Shown one piece after another: positions 1 to 16,231 of a stretch of 64,000 bases of DNA. A program made the position numbers and the translations under genes. Source of the DNA: the human T2T-CHM13v2.0 reference genome, Homo sapiens; the NCBI RefSeq assembly GCF_009914755.1, contig NC_060930.1. One strand, given 5' to 3'. The notes beneath the pieces are model-generated. The model ran no database searches. It worked only from the letters and a program-made list of their open reading frames with translations, and was not told the origin of the DNA. Each line of letters starts with the position of its first letter. The stretch's first letter is position 1.

Positions 1-189
1 TTCTTTTTTTTTTTTTTTTTTTTTTTTGAGGTGGAGTGCCAGTGGCTCGATCTCGGCTCATTGCAAACTCTGCCTGCCGGGTTGATGCCATTCTTCTGCC
101 TCAGCCTCCCGAGGAGCTGGTACTACAGGCGCCCGCCACCGCGCCCAGCTAATTTTTTGTATTTTTAGTAGAGACGGGGTTTCGCCGCA
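1..189 (-). mobile_element. AluY-like fragment (right arm, 5'-truncated)
   Basis: Poly-T then CpG-rich Alu sequence; about 25-bp internal deletion between two GGAGT motifs. Confidence 0.9.
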
Positions 190-479
190 TACCTTGTGAC
201 TTCTATGTCAGTGTTTACTATTATTATTAAATATATTATTGAGAGTTTATTTTTTGAGTCCTATTGAGATATGGATTGTCATCAAACTTTTATAGTTTTT
301 ATTTAAAGCTTTTCACTGATGATTTAGGTCTTGCTGAGCAAATTTACCTAGTATTATCTTTAATTATCCCAAGCTATATCACACAACTCATACAACTCTT
401 CCCCACAGGTTGAGGAGTCCTTTTGTTTAAAATTGTTTCACTGTAATGCTTTCTTACTATTAATGTCAGTATTTCTACC

Positions 480-575
480 TCACATGTTAGGTAGAACTGT
501 GTTTAACTTGGAGTGGCATTTAGTTACTCAGATGTTAGGTAGAACTGTGTTTAACTTGGAGTGGCATTTAGTTAC
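480..575. repeat. 48-bp tandem duplication (47/48 identical)
   Basis: TCA(C/G)ATGTTAGGTAGAACTGTGTTTAACTTGGAGTGGCATTTAGTTAC at 480-527 and 528-575. Confidence 0.97.
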
Positions 576-1098
576 AGTATCATATAGAAGTGATTTTTAA
601 AATTATTTCACTTAAAACAGAGCTTAGATAAAGTGCTCTTGGAAACATGCTAATTTGATGTTTACATATATTTTGAGTGATAAATGTGAGGACCTTGAGG
701 GTCCGAAGGAAAGAGAATTAAAAGTAATTCTAATAATCTTCCATTCTCTGTGGCCCCTATACCCCAGCAATTTTTGGTCTCCATTTGACTAGAGATCCAA
801 GTGATTGATGGTAGACCTTCAGATGTCTCTTATTGATCTTTTATAAAGCGTGCCTTTCATTGAGCAGTGATGAGCTCAAGCCTAAACTTAAGAAAATAAG
901 GGGAATTCTGTGGGAAATAATATTTGGGATAGCTTTATCTTCCATTATAGGAAAAATTCATAAAAATTATGTTTAGCGTAGGGCGTTATTTAGTTCATGC
1001 ATTTCTACTCTTGGAAGTTGCTTTTGGTGTAGGGTGATGATGGTGCACAGTGACAAAAAAATTAACAGAAGAATGTTTAAGTGAAATGATCATCACCA

Positions 1099-1537
1099 GT
1101 ATATTAATTTCCTGTTGCTGCTATTAAAAAATCCTACAAACTGAATGGCTTAAAACAATACCAATTTATCATTTTAGCAGGTTTGCAGGTCAGAGTCCAA
1201 AAAGAGTCTTATTGAGCTAAAGGCAAGGTGTTAGCAGGCTTGCATTCCTTTTGGAGGTTCTAGGGGAGAATCTGTTTTCTTTTCCAGCTTGGAGAGGCCA
1301 CCTGCATTCCTTGGCTCATGGCTCCTTCCTCCATCTTTGAAACTAGCAGTGTGTCATCCTTGATTCTGCTCCTCCTTGCCCTCCACTTCCATCATTACAT
1401 CTTCTCTGGCATGTTTATGACCTTTTGGCTTTATCTGGGTAATACAGGACAATACTGCCATCTCAGTGTCCTTAAGTTATTCACAGAGATTCCAAGGATA
1501 GAACAGGACTTCTTTGGGGGCCATTATTCTGCCTAAC
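1099..1537. mobile_element. MLT1-family (ERVL-MaLR) solo LTR
   Basis: Typical termini ...TTTCCTGTTGCTGCT...GGCTTAAAACAA and ...GGGGGCCATTATTCTGCCTAACA. Confidence 0.75.
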
Positions 1538-1575
1538 AAAGTGGATTTGTGATAAAAATTATATATGGAATCTAG

Positions 1576-1894
<319 letters not shown>

Positions 1895-2665
1895 TTATAA
1901 GTGGTACAGAGTTGGGTGTATTTAAGATGGTATGGGATGATGAAGTACTACTTAAATTAGCCTTTCTCACAGGACCTATTTAAAAATACATGCATGCAAG
2001 AGTCATTTAACAATCTCTTTGCAATGGGATCATTTATGTAGGAAATCCCAAGAAATTTATAGAAAAGCTATTAGAATGAATAATTGAGTTTATTAAGTTT
2101 ACAGAAATAAAGTGACTATAGAAAAAGTAACTCTATATACTAGCAACAAATAATTGGAAGTTGAAATAAAAATTATGATTTATAATAGCATAACAATATG
2201 AAAACTGTGGGATAAATTTAACAAAATACGTGCAAGACCTGTATACCAAAAACTACAGAAGATAGCTGAGAGAAATTAATGAATACTGTACCTAAAGAAG
2301 TGGAGAGAGGTATCAGAGATATCATGCTCATGGATTAGAAGACTCAATATTTTTAAGATGTCAGTTCTCTCCAAATTAGTCTCTAAATTCAACATTATTC
2401 CAGTCAGAATCCCAGAAGGCTTTTTTTGTTGCAACTGACAAGCTGATTCTAAAATTTTTAATGAAATGCAAGGGACCTTCCAAAATCAAAACATTGAAAA
2501 ACAAAAAGAATGTTTGAGGTCTTACACAACCTGCCTTTAACAGTTATTAAAAAGCTATAGTTATCTGTGGAACATAATACGTAGTCCAGAAATAGACTCA
2601 CATATTATGGTCAGTTTTTAACAGAAGTGCCAAGGTAACTCAATGGAGAGAAAGGATAGTCTTTT

Positions 2666-2666
2666 C

Positions 2667-2706
<40 letters not shown>
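2666..2706. repeat. (CAA)13-14 microsatellite
   Basis: Perfect trinucleotide repeat. Confidence 0.97.
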
Positions 2707-3208
2707 GAATGTATAATACCTTGAACCTTACCTCAGACCATTCACAAAAACTAATTTGAGATGGATCATAAAACTAAATTTAAGAGCTAAAACTATAAAA
2801 CTGCTAGAAGAAAACATGGGGGAAAATCTCTGGGACCTTGAATTAAGCAGAGGATTCTTGGATAGGACACAAAATTATATTCCATAAAGTTAAAATTGAG
2901 AAAATGAACTTCATTAAAATTAAAAACTTTTGCTTTTCAAGAGACACTTAAAAATCATAGATGGCTGGGAAAAATATTTTATCTGGTAAGGACCTTTATT
3001 CAGAATATCTAAAGAAATAATGCAACTTAATAATAAGACAAAGTAAAACAAGCACTTGAATGTTCATAGCAGCATTATTCATAATAGCCAAACACTGGAA
3101 ACAATTCAAATGTTTTATCAGTTGACGAATGGATAAAGAAAATAGTGCGTCCGTACAGTGGAATAATGTTTTACAGTACAAAGCAATGAACTAGTGGATG
3201 AGTCATAA

Positions 3209-3587
<379 letters not shown>

Positions 3588-3707
3588 ATAATTACACGGA
3601 TTTCTATTAAATAAAAGGATAAAACTTATAGGGACAGAAAACAGGTCAGTGGTTGCTAAGGATCGGGATGAGGGAGTTTATTTAAAAAAAAAAAAATACA
3701 ATGCATA

Positions 3708-4016
3708 GGCTAGGAATGGTGGCTCACACCTCTAATCCCAGCACTTTGGGAGGCCAACGCAGGTGACTCACTTGAGCCCAGAAGTTCAAGGCCAGCCTTG
3801 GCAAAATGACGAAACTCTGTCTCTACAAAAAGTGAAAATAAAATTAAAAAAAAATAGCTGGGTGTGGTGGCACGTGCCTGTGGTGCCAGCTATTTGGGAG
3901 GCTAGGGTAGGAGGATCTCCTGAGGAGGTCAAGGCTGCAGTGAGCCGTGATTGTGCCACTGCACTCCAACCTGGGCAACAGAGTAAGACCCTGTCTCAAA
4001 AACAAAAACAAAAAAC
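3708..4016 (+). mobile_element. AluJ
   Basis: Diverged Alu with J-type GGATC/GTCAAGGCTGCAG motifs. Confidence 0.9.
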
Positions 4017-4701
4017 ATGCAAATATGTTGTTTACTTCTTTCGCTGATGTTAACAGTTACTGTAGATTATGTAGCAGTTTCTCAATTCTTTTATTTGAAT
4101 TTTTGTAACATATACACTCCTAAAGTTATTTTCATCTTCCTTGAAAATAAATTTAATGGTCTGAGTAAAGATTTTGCAGAAGTGATAAACTTCTTGATGC
4201 TGGTTTAAAGAATGAAAAACCTTTGGTGCCTTTTGTATGTGTGTGTGTTTTTTATTTGTGTGTGCCAAGTCAATTAGAATACTAATGAGTACTTTGAAAA
4301 CATTATGGAAAACAGTGGTTTAATGTTTTGTTTTTCTTGAGGAGTTGTGTTATTCATACACAGCTCTAAAGTTGCTTGTGGAATCTTTAGAACATCAGGT
4401 TTTTTGATGTCTCTAGGTGCAGGATTTTCTATTAGGTGCTAATAGGGCTGCAGGAATAGCAGGTAGGGGTTCCTTTTTCATGACTAAGAGCAAGCAAGTT
4501 CTCTAAGAAGCAAGTGTGGCATATCTAGGCAATATATTAATGCAAGGTTTTGAGAAAATTTAAAATACAAATGAAATGGTTAGCTTTTGACAGGAGAAAA
4601 AAGATCAGGAAGAATATGGATCAATTTGTGAGAGAGTAAGATGGGTCTGAAATGTGAGGGGACAATTAGTTGATGAAGTCATTTGCTGAAAATAAGGATA
4701 G

Positions 4702-5062
<361 letters not shown>

Positions 5063-5300
5063 TAATAGTAAATGTTTTAAAATAATTTAAAAGTTTGTAA
5101 AAAATAATCCCTCTCCACTGATTGGTATGTTTTCTAACTTTTGTGGTTACATATACTGCTGCTATAAAGCTTTGTGTGCGCACTTTTCTTTTCAGAATAA
5201 AATCTAAGGTCTATGTTAAAGAGTATACCAGATTAAAACCCGTTTGATCTGTATTGCCAGAAGTGTTGGGACCAGTTTACCTTCCCACCACTACTATCTA

Positions 5301-5609
<309 letters not shown>

Positions 5610-5720
5610 TTACTGTACCCAGTCTGTTACTGGGTATTCATATTTTTAAAAGGCTTCCTTAATACAGTTGGTGAAAATGTTATACTATTTTGCATTTTCT
5701 TGATACTCTTAAGATTTAAC

Positions 5721-6013
5721 TTTTTTTTTTTTTTTTTTTCTTGAGGCGGCGTCTCACTCTGTCGCCCAGGCTGGAGTGCAGTGGCACAGTCTCAGCTCAT
5801 TGCAACCTCCGCCTCCCGTGTTCAAGCAGTTTTCTGCCTCAGCCTTTGGAGTAGCTGGGATTACAGGTGCCCGCCACCACGCCTGGCTAATTTTTTTTTG
5901 TATTTTTAGTAGACGGGGTTTCATCATCTTGACCAGGCTGGTCTTGAACTCCTGACCTTGTGATCCACCCGCCTTGGCCTCTCAAAGTGTTGGGATTACA
6001 GGCATGAGCCACT
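5721..6013 (-). mobile_element. AluS
   Basis: Poly-T plus Alu body. Confidence 0.95.
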
Positions 6014-7399
6014 GAGAATATTGAACATTTTTTAATGTGCTCATTGGTCATTTCTATTCTGTTAGGATTTGCTCCTACATTTTGGGAGGGTGGGATTGGC
6101 AACCCTTTTCACATTTCTCTCTTGACCAGTCATTGGGCCAAGAGAACACAAAATTCCAGACAGCATTCATTCTTCTGGGTATCCTGGTGGGCCACACCAT
6201 TCATCTCCATATTCCACCCATAAGACCGTGAATAAGTGGGTTGAGCATTTTGGAAAAATATTTTCAGTTTCAGATCTATATCTATATATTTTTCAGTAAT
6301 TATGGAATTGTTGAAAGTTTAGAGATACAAGAGACCTGTATGGTATCTGTTCGAGTCTGCTATACTAGAGAGATAAAAGAGGTTAAATGACTTGTTAAAA
6401 GCAATGGAACAGTGAGAGAACATGGGAGTGAACCCAGGTCTTCTGGAAATCTGTCTGTTACTTTGTCAGGTCACGTATTAATGTGTTACCCTTGACCTTC
6501 ACAAAAGATAGCACCCAACTTTTTAATCTTTTCATTCTCTTTAAATTCAGTCCTTGTGCACAGTGAGAAGGGAGGTAAATTGTGGGTTTTTATGCTTAAC
6601 CAAACCGTTATCTATGTAATGGCAGCATATTAACAAGATAATTGGTTATCAGAGTGAGCAAGGATTATCTATTATTTAGCCAATTTATTCAAACATAAAT
6701 TTGGCAGTAATGTAAACATGTTTTCAAAATTTGGGATATTTGTTGTCATCTGCAGTGTTAACTAGGAACAAATGGTTATCTCTATATAAATCTGTAAATA
6801 GCGTGGAAATAAGAGGTATTTGTAAATATTTTTGTGTTTGAGAGAGATTGTACAGATAGATGGAAAGCACTAGAGCATTGGTGAAGGGGTGAACAAAATA
6901 AAGAGGGCTTTACTGTGCTTGATCAGACTTTTGAAATTTTAAGCTGATTTTTTTAAGGATCCTAAGTCACCTGGGCAAAGAAAGAAATTATAGATTTGGC
7001 AAGGGATAAACTTTAAGACCATCAGGTGAAGCAAGGATTATGGATTCTTAAAAATTAAGCTTCATTTTCATTTCTCCTTTTATTTTATAACATTCTAATG
7101 ACCACCAAATCCTTAAATGATCACCAAAGTTCAACTTCTTTGCCAAAGTAAACTAACATTTAAAAAATTTCAGGGGAGTGAATGCTGTATGTGTAGATTT
7201 TATTAGTTCCTTAAAGAACTTTCTAAGTTTTTCAGTGTCCTTATGATATTTTGAACTTGTTTACATTTTTATTCCTTCTACCCAAGTTTATGTGATAAAG
7301 TAAAAAAAAGTAGTTATATGGTAATATTTCCTCTGTAATATTCTTCCTCCAGTTGTCTGTGGGTTAGTAGTCACTGCTCTTCTCTTCTCTTTTAGAGGC

Positions 7400-7655
7400 A
7401 CACTAGGATAGGGAAAACATGGGCTTTGAAAGCTCACTGCTCTGTTTTGAAGGCTCAGCTCTCCCACTGCTGACTCTGATTTCTTTCTTTCCTTTCACTC
7501 CCTCCTTCCTTCTTCGTGGTGGGGGTGTGGTATTTAAACTTTATGAGCTCCAGTGTCATTACATGTAGAATGGTAATACCTGTGTCACAGGGTTGTGAGG
7601 ATTAACTGAGCTTGTGAAGTAATGTCTGGCACAAAGTAAGGGTTTGATAAATGAG
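7400..7655 (+). mobile_element. MIR
   Basis: Core ...ACAGGGTTGTGAGGATTAA... and TCTGGCACAAAGTAAG 3' motif. Confidence 0.6.
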
Positions 7656-8446
7656 TAGGTGTTTGGTAATTATGCCAGGTCTTAGTTTTTTTTTTTGAGC
7701 ACTCATTCACTTTATTACTTTGCAGGAAGCATTTGTGAATTATATTTTGTTTGGTAAAAAATGTAATTGAAGAGATTCTGAGACTAGACCAGTGCAAAAA
7801 TACTTGATGGAAGCCTCAGGAAAATAAAGTAGTTAATACTTTTTTTTTTTTTTTAACTTTTTATCTGCTGATTCACTAGAGTAGACATTAGTGAGAGATA
7901 CACAGCAGAAACCCTACCCTACCTTGCCCTGAGGAGCCTTTACTTTAAAGAGGCAGGCCATAAACACAGAGTGTATTCTGGAAAGTGTAATGCAAGCTTT
8001 AGATGTTAAATAAATTCAGAGAAAGTAAAAATCACCAAGAATGGGGGCTGGGGAAGGTTTTTAATAAAAGAGGTAGTTCTTGAGGAAGAGTGAAATCAAA
8101 CTTAAAGGAGAATGGCAAAGTTATTTCATGTAGGAATAACCAGGTAAACAGGTTTGTGCATATACTTAGTGGACGTGCTTTGTACGTACCTTTCTGAAGA
8201 CAGGTGTAAGTACTGGGCAGAAATGTCAGGGAGAAAATAGACAAAGGGACAATTGTTGATTTGGGAGTTATCGGCATAGAAGTGTTTCCTAAAGCCATAT
8301 TACTCCATTCAACACTTGTCTAACCAGAGGGTCAATGATGAAGATTTTGTAGAGAGGCAATGGGATGAAGTAGAATCGTCCCATTCTTTGTGAAGGAAGA
8401 CTGTAAGGAAAACCAGAACAGAGAAGCCTTGGGAGAAGAGGTTTTT

Positions 8447-8625
8447 TTAATTTTTTTATTATTTTATTTTATTTTTTTAACACAGAACCTCACTCTGTCA
8501 CCCAGGCTGGAGTGTAGTGGCACCACAATGGCTCACTGCAGCCTCAAACACCTGGGCTCAAATGATCTTACCTCAGCCTCCCAGGTAGCTGGGACTACAG
8601 ATGTATGCCACCATCAGAGGAACTA
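8447..8625 (-). mobile_element. Partial AluJ/FRAM
   Basis: Single Alu arm. Confidence 0.85.
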
Positions 8626-9282
8626 GAAAACGCCATTTGATTTTTGTATTTTTTTGGTAGACATTAAAACTATTTTCTAAGCTCTTATGAAAATTTCTGT
8701 GGTGAAGCTGAATCCAAATTGCCTCAGAGTCTGTTTTTTTTACCTGCTATGCAGTGCAGTAAGATTTAAGAAAGTGAATCTTTAGTATTTTTATGCTTTT
8801 CTTAGGCAGTCCTTTACCATTTTTAACACCTTTGCCACATTTCATTGCTTGTTTTGTTTTCTGTGTTTAGTTTACTTTTGAAACAAATACATATTTTCTC
8901 TTGGGATTCTGACAACTTATGTGGTCTGTGAAGAAAATTGTTTGGAATTTGTTTCGCAGCGGAAGGAATGTTATTAATATGGGTGTAAATGGCCCTTGAA
9001 ATAAGGCTTAATGGAACTTTTGTCAGGGTTACTTTGTTTTGTTTGAGGAATTATAGTTAACTCTTGAATAAACTGATACAGTTGACAAAAATTGGTTTCT
9101 GGGAGACTTGTCAGTGTATTTTTGAAAAAACACACATTTCTTTTTTAGCACATTTGCTTTCTTATCTTACAGAAGTACAATTCTTTTTGTATAAATGAAT
9201 ATAATAGTGTCTTTTCAGTACAATTGGGCTTCTTAAATATTTGAATACAGTATATACGAAGTGGTGGTTTTATAACATATAT

Positions 9283-9314
9283 CTGCCCTCTGCTGGTGAA
9301 AATGCGTTATTGCT
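9283..9314 (-). promoter_or_regulatory. Candidate CTCF site (core plus upstream module)
   Basis: Minus strand reads AGCAATAAC-GCATT-TTCACCAGCAGAGGGCAG; the core fits CCASYAGRKGGCRS; lies in unique DNA. Confidence 0.65.
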
Positions 9315-9581
9315 GTGAATTTAACAGCTTTAGTAATTTCTTTGAATGTAATAATACTCTGTAATTTCAAAAGTTGTCATAAAACTAAACTTGGGAAAAA
9401 ATACCCTTATCATTTGAAAGGAACATTCTATTTGGGACAGTTCTGCACAATGAATTATTCTGCCCAAAATGCCAGTAGTGCCCTGTTTGAGAAATATTGA
9501 CCTAATATACTGATGATGATGATTTTTACATTGTGGCTGTCTCTCTGTGTTTTTTTTAAGTTTTTCTGTAAGTTCTAGGTT

Positions 9582-9765
9582 TGTCCTGTCCAGTGTGGAA
9601 GTCACTAGCCATAAGGCTATTTAACCGAATTTAAACATTCACTTTCTTAATTCCAGTAGCCTCATTTCTAGGCTTAATAGCCACTGTGGCTAGGAGCTAA
9701 TGTATTGGATAATGCAGATTATAGAATGTTTCCAGCATCATGGAAAGTACAGTTTGACAGTGCTG
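9582..9765 (-). mobile_element. MER3 (hAT-Charlie MITE)
   Basis: TAGCCACTGTGGCTAG palindrome, GTATTGGATAATGCAG, terminal ...GACAGTGCTG. Confidence 0.7.
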
Positions 9766-11572
9766 TTTTAATTTTTAAATTTTAAAAAATGAGGATTATC
9801 ATTTTCATGAAGTAATCATTTTCTTAAATTTGTGATGAATTTCTTTGCCATGTATTCTTTTCACATTACAGCAGTTTCTCAAAAAACAATTCCAATTAAC
9901 CAAGGGAAATATATTTAGTAGGATTTTAGGTTATTAAGATTTTATTGTACCATGTAATTTGCTGCAACTTATATATTTATTGCTGAATGATTATAGTACA
10001 TTTTTCTCAGTGTAGGGCATTGAGTATTTCTAGTATTTTGCTTCTCTGTTTTGAAGAGTAAAGTTAGGTTAAGAATAATGGTCATTTTTTTGCCGCCATT
10101 TAGTTGAGATAATAGCTTCTTTACTCTTTTGGTGCATGTTTGGGATGGAAGGAAAGCTATGAATCAAAACATACATAGAGAAACTATAATGTGTGAATCA
10201 CAGTTGAATATATGTTGGATGATTAAAAAAATACATAGACACTTGACCCAGTTTCTCCTAATGGTAACATCTTGTAAAATTATAGACAAATGTCACAACC
10301 AAGATACTGATGTTGATACAACCCACCAATCTTACTGTGACTTCTGCAGTTTTGCTTGTACAGTAATTTGTGTGTGTGTGTGCATGTATTTTTATTCAAT
10401 TTTATCAAAAGTGAAGATTCATATATCTGCCACCACAGTCAAGATATGGAACAGTTATATACCACAAGAATCTCTTGTGTTGCCCTCTTAAAACCACACA
10501 TACTTTTCTCTGTCCCACCCCACCCATCCATTCCTAACCCATAGCATCCATGAATCTGTTTTTCACTTCCAAAATTTTGCCATTTCAAAAATGTTATAAA
10601 AATAGAATCATGCAATATGTAACCTTCTGGGATCGGCCTTACTCAGTGTAATTCTTTCAAGACACATCCAAGTTTTTGCGTCTGTTAATAGTTCTTTTCT
10701 TTTTATTAAATAGAATTTTGTGATATGTTTGTGCCATAGTTTGTTTAACCATTCATCTGTTGAAGGACCTCTGGACTGTTTATAGTTTTTTAGTATTAAA
10801 AATAAAGCTGCTGTTAACATTTTTGTATAGATTTTTGTGTGGATGTAGGTTTTTATTTCTCTGATAAGTGCCCAGTAGTGCAGTTTGCTGGGTTGTATGG
10901 TGATTGCATGCTTAGATCCATAAAAAAAGTGCCAAACTTTTCAAAAGTGGTTGTACCATTTTATACATCTACTAATGATGTGAGCTATTTAGTTGGTCCT
11001 TTGCCAGCATTTGGTGTTGTGACTGTTTTTTATTTTAGTAATTATGTTAGATGGGTTGTAACAGTGATATTGGCTTCAATTTGGATTCTCCTAGTGGTTT
11101 ATGGTGTTGAACATCTTTTCATGTGCCAGTTTTCCATCTGTATGTCCTCTTCAGTGAAATGTCTGTTCATGTTTCATTTTCTAAATAGATTTTGTTTTTT
11201 ACTGTTGAGTTTTGAAAGTGCTTTATATATTCTAGATACTAGTCGTTTGTCAGATATGTGCAAATACTTTTTCCTACTTTGTAGCTTAACTTTACATCCT
11301 CTTCACATGGTCATGCATAGAAGAAAAGTTAGTTTTGAAGAGGTTCAATTTATTAATTTTTTTATGGACTGTATTTTTAGCAAGTCTAAGTACAATTTGC
11401 CTAACCCTAGATCCTGAAGATTTTCTCATATATTGTTTCCTAAAAGTTTTACAGTGTTATGTTTTATATTTAAGTCCATGATCCATTTTGAGTTGCATTT
11501 TATATATGATACAAGGTATGGATCAAAGTTTTTTTTTTTTGCATATGGATATTTGATCCTTTGAGAACATTT

Positions 11573-11862
11573 AGACAGAGTCTTACTCTGTCACCCAGGC
11601 TGGAATGCAGTGGTGCGATCTGGGCTCACTGCATACCCTACGTCCCAATCTGCTTCAAGTGATTCTCATGTCATGCCTCAGCCTCCTAAGTAGCTGGGAT
11701 TACAGGTGTGCGCCACCACGCCTGGCTAATTTTTGTAGTTTTAGTAGAGATGGGGTTTCACTATGTTGGCAGGGCTGGTCTTGAACTCCCGACCTCAGGT
11801 GATCCACCCGCCTCAGCATCCCAAAGTGCTGGGATTGCAGGTGTGAGCCACTGTGCCCGGCC
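11573..11862 (-). mobile_element. AluS with almost no tail
   Basis: TSD TGAGAAC(C)ATTT. Confidence 0.9.
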
Positions 11863-12856
11863 TGAGAACCATTTCTTGAAAAGATTAGTCTTTCTCCTTT
11901 TGCACCTTTTTAAAAAAGTTAATTGACCATGTATGTCCAGGAGGGAGCACTTCTGAAATTTATTATGTTCCATTGATCTGTTTGTCTGCCTTTATGCCAA
12001 TATTGTACAGTCTTTATTACTGTAGCTTCTTAATAAGCCTGGAAGTAAGTAAGGTAGTGTAAGTCTTCCAACTTTGTTATTTTTTTCGAAGTTGTTATGC
12101 CTATTCTAGGTTTCTTGAATTTTCATATGAATTTTAGAATCACTTTGTCAATTTCTACAAATAATCTCAGATTTCAATGGGGAATCATTTGAGTCTGTAG
12201 ATCCATTTGAGAGAGAATTGACATCTTTTAATATAGAGTCTTCCAATCTGAACAAAATATATCTCTCCAATTATTTAGATCTTACTTAATTTTGCTTGGC
12301 AGTATTTTATAGTTTTCAGTGTATGGGCCTTCCTTATTTTTTGTTAGATTTTTCCATAAGGTTTTATTTTTTAATGCTATTGTAAAAGATACTTTAAAAA
12401 TTTTAATTTCTGATTATTACTAGTATATAGAAATACCGTAGGTTGCTGCATACTTAGGACATCTTGCAACTTAGTTAACCTCATTTATTTGTTTTCATAG
12501 CTTTTTTCGTGGATTCTATTAGGTCTCCTACCTAGACAATTATCATCCTCGAATAAAGGCAATTTTTGCTTTTTTCCAATTTGAATACCTTTTATTTCCT
12601 TTTTCTTATTTTATTGCACTGACTAGAACCTTTAGTAAAAATAGAAGTGGTGAAACTGGACTTGCTTGTTTTGTTCCTGATACTAAGGGAGAAAGGGTTC
12701 AGACTTTATCTTTTATGTAAAAGTCTTACAGATACCTTTTATCAAGTTGAGGAAATTTCCTTTGTTGCTAGGTTGCTGAGAATTTTCATCAGAAATGTAT
12801 GTTGAATTTTATCAAATGCTTTTCTGCATCTTTTGAGATGATCATATAGTTTTTAA

Positions 12857-13148
<292 letters not shown>

Positions 13149-15274
13149 GGTTTTTAAGTTCTTTAATATATTGAACTACATTGATTTTCACACATTAAAC
13201 TGCATTCCTGGGAGAAACTACACTTGGTCTTGATGTATCTTTTATATATATATATATATATATTTTTTTGAATTTGATTTGCTATGATTTTACATATTGT
13301 CATGAAGGGTGTTGAACTGTAGGTTTTATTTCTTGTGATATCTTTGTCTGGTTTGGTATCAGAATAATTTTAGGCTCACCAAATGAATTAGATAGTATTC
13401 TCCTCCTCCCCCTTCCCCCCTTCCCCACTGTTTTTTTTTCCCCTCAATTTCCGGAGGAGTTTGTATAGAACTGACACTATTCCTTAATCGTTTGGTAGAT
13501 TTCCCCAGTAAAGCTATCTGGGCCTTGAGTTTTTGTTTGTTTTTTGCTGAGCAGATTCAGTTTATTTAATCGATATTAGGCCATTCAGGTTATCTTTTCC
13601 TTCTGGAGAGAGCTCATTTCTGTCTTTCAAGGAGTTGGTGCACTTATAGCATAAAGTTGTTTATGATATTCCTTTATTGTATCTGTAGAATCTGTAGTAA
13701 TGTCTCTTCTATCATTGCTGATATTGGTAGTTTGTATTTTCTCTCTTTCTTCATCAGCCATGCTAGAGATTTACCTATTTTATTGATGTTTTTCAAATAA
13801 TCAGTCTTTATTTTCATTGACTTTTTTGTTGCCTTTTGGTTTTCTACTTCACTGATTTTTTAAAATTTTTATGGGTACATATAATAGTAGGTGGATATAT
13901 TTATGGGGTACATGAGATATTTTGATATGGGCATACAAAGCATAATAGTCACATCAGGGTAAATGAGGTTTCCATCACCTCAAGCATTTATCATTTCTTT
14001 ATGTTACAAACATTACAGTTATACTATTAGTTATTTTAAAATGTGTGATAAATTATTGTTGACTGTAATCACCCTGTTGTGTTATCAAATACTAGATCTT
14101 ACTCATTCTAACTATATATTTAAACCCATTAACCATCTCAATTCTGTGGCCCTCTGCACCAACCCCCTACTCTTCCCAGTTTCTGGTAATCATCATTCTA
14201 CTCTCTATCTCCATGAGTTCAATTGTTTTAATTTTTAGCTCCTATAAAAGAGTGAGAATCTGAGAAGTTTGTCTTTCTGTGCCTGACATTTCACTTAACA
14301 TAATATCCTCTAGTTCCATCCATGTTGTTGCAGATGACAGGACCTCATTCGTTTTTATTGCTGAATATAGTACTCCAATGTGTATATGTACCACGTTGTC
14401 TTTATCCATTCCCCTGTTGATGGACACTTAGGTAGCTTCCAAATGTTGGCTATTGTGAATAGTGCCACAATAAACATGGCCGTGCAGGTATCTCTTCAGT
14501 ATAATTATTTCCTTTCTTTTGGGTATATAGCTAGCAGTGGGATTGCTGGATCGTATGGTAGGTCTATTTTTGGTTTTTTTGAGGAATCTCCGTACTGTTC
14601 TTCATAGTGGCTGCACTAATTTGCCCTTTTCTCCACATCCATGCCAGCATTTGTTATTTTCAGTCTTTTGCATAAAAGCCATTTTAACTGGAGTGAGATG
14701 ATATCTCATTGTAATTTTAATTTGCATTTCTCTGATAATCAGTGATGTTGAGCACCTTTTCATATACCTGTTTGCCATTTGTATGTCTTCTTTGGAGAAA
14801 TGTCTGATTAGATCTTTTGTCCATTTTAAAATCAGATTATTATATTTTTTCCTATGGAGTTGTTTGAGCTCATTATATATTCTGGTTATTAATCCCTTGT
14901 CAGATGGAGAGTTTGTAAATATCTTATCTTATTTTGTGGGTTGTCTCTTCACTTTGTTGTTTCCTTTGTTGTGCCAAAGCTTTATAACTTGATGTGATCC
15001 CATTTGTCCATTTTTGCTTTGGTTGCCTGTGTTTGTGGGGTACTACTCAAGAAATTTTTGCCTGGGCAGAGTTTCCCCAATGTTTTAGTAGTTTCATAGT
15101 TTGAGGTCTTAGATTTAAGCCTTTAATCTATTTTGACTTGAATTTTGAATATGGTGAGAGATACGAGTCAAGTTTTATTCTTCTGCATATTTATATCCAG
15201 TTTTCCCAGTACCATTTACTGGAGAGACTGCTCTTTTACCCAATGTATGTTCTGGGCCCCTTTGTCAAAAATGA

Positions 15275-15638
<364 letters not shown>

Positions 15639-15840
15639 TATGTGTCTATTTTTATGCCAGTACCATGCTGTTTTGGTTACTATAGCTATGTACTATAATT
15701 TGTTTTTGTTTTGGTAGGCTGTTTTAGAAGATCTGTAGTATAATTTGAAGTCAGGTAATGTGATTCCTCCAGTTTTGTTCTTGTTGCCTGGACTATTCTG
15801 GGTCTTTTGTGGTTTCATGTAAATTTTAGGATTTCTGTGA

Positions 15841-16152
<312 letters not shown>

Positions 16153-16231
16153 ATCATTGTATTTTAATAGGGATTGCGTTGAATCTGTAGATTGCTTTGG
16201 GTAGTGTGGACATTGTAACAATATTGATTCT

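Noticed and set aside
480-575. CRISPR-like direct repeats (also 47131-47187)
   Set aside because: Only two copies, no real spacers, primate DNA, no cas genes. The shared TCAG between copies is most likely chance.
10839-11417. Longest ORF (192 aa, hydrophobic) as a novel membrane protein
   Set aside because: It is the T-rich antisense strand of decayed L1 ORF2/3'UTR; the composition explains both the hydrophobicity and the lack of stops.
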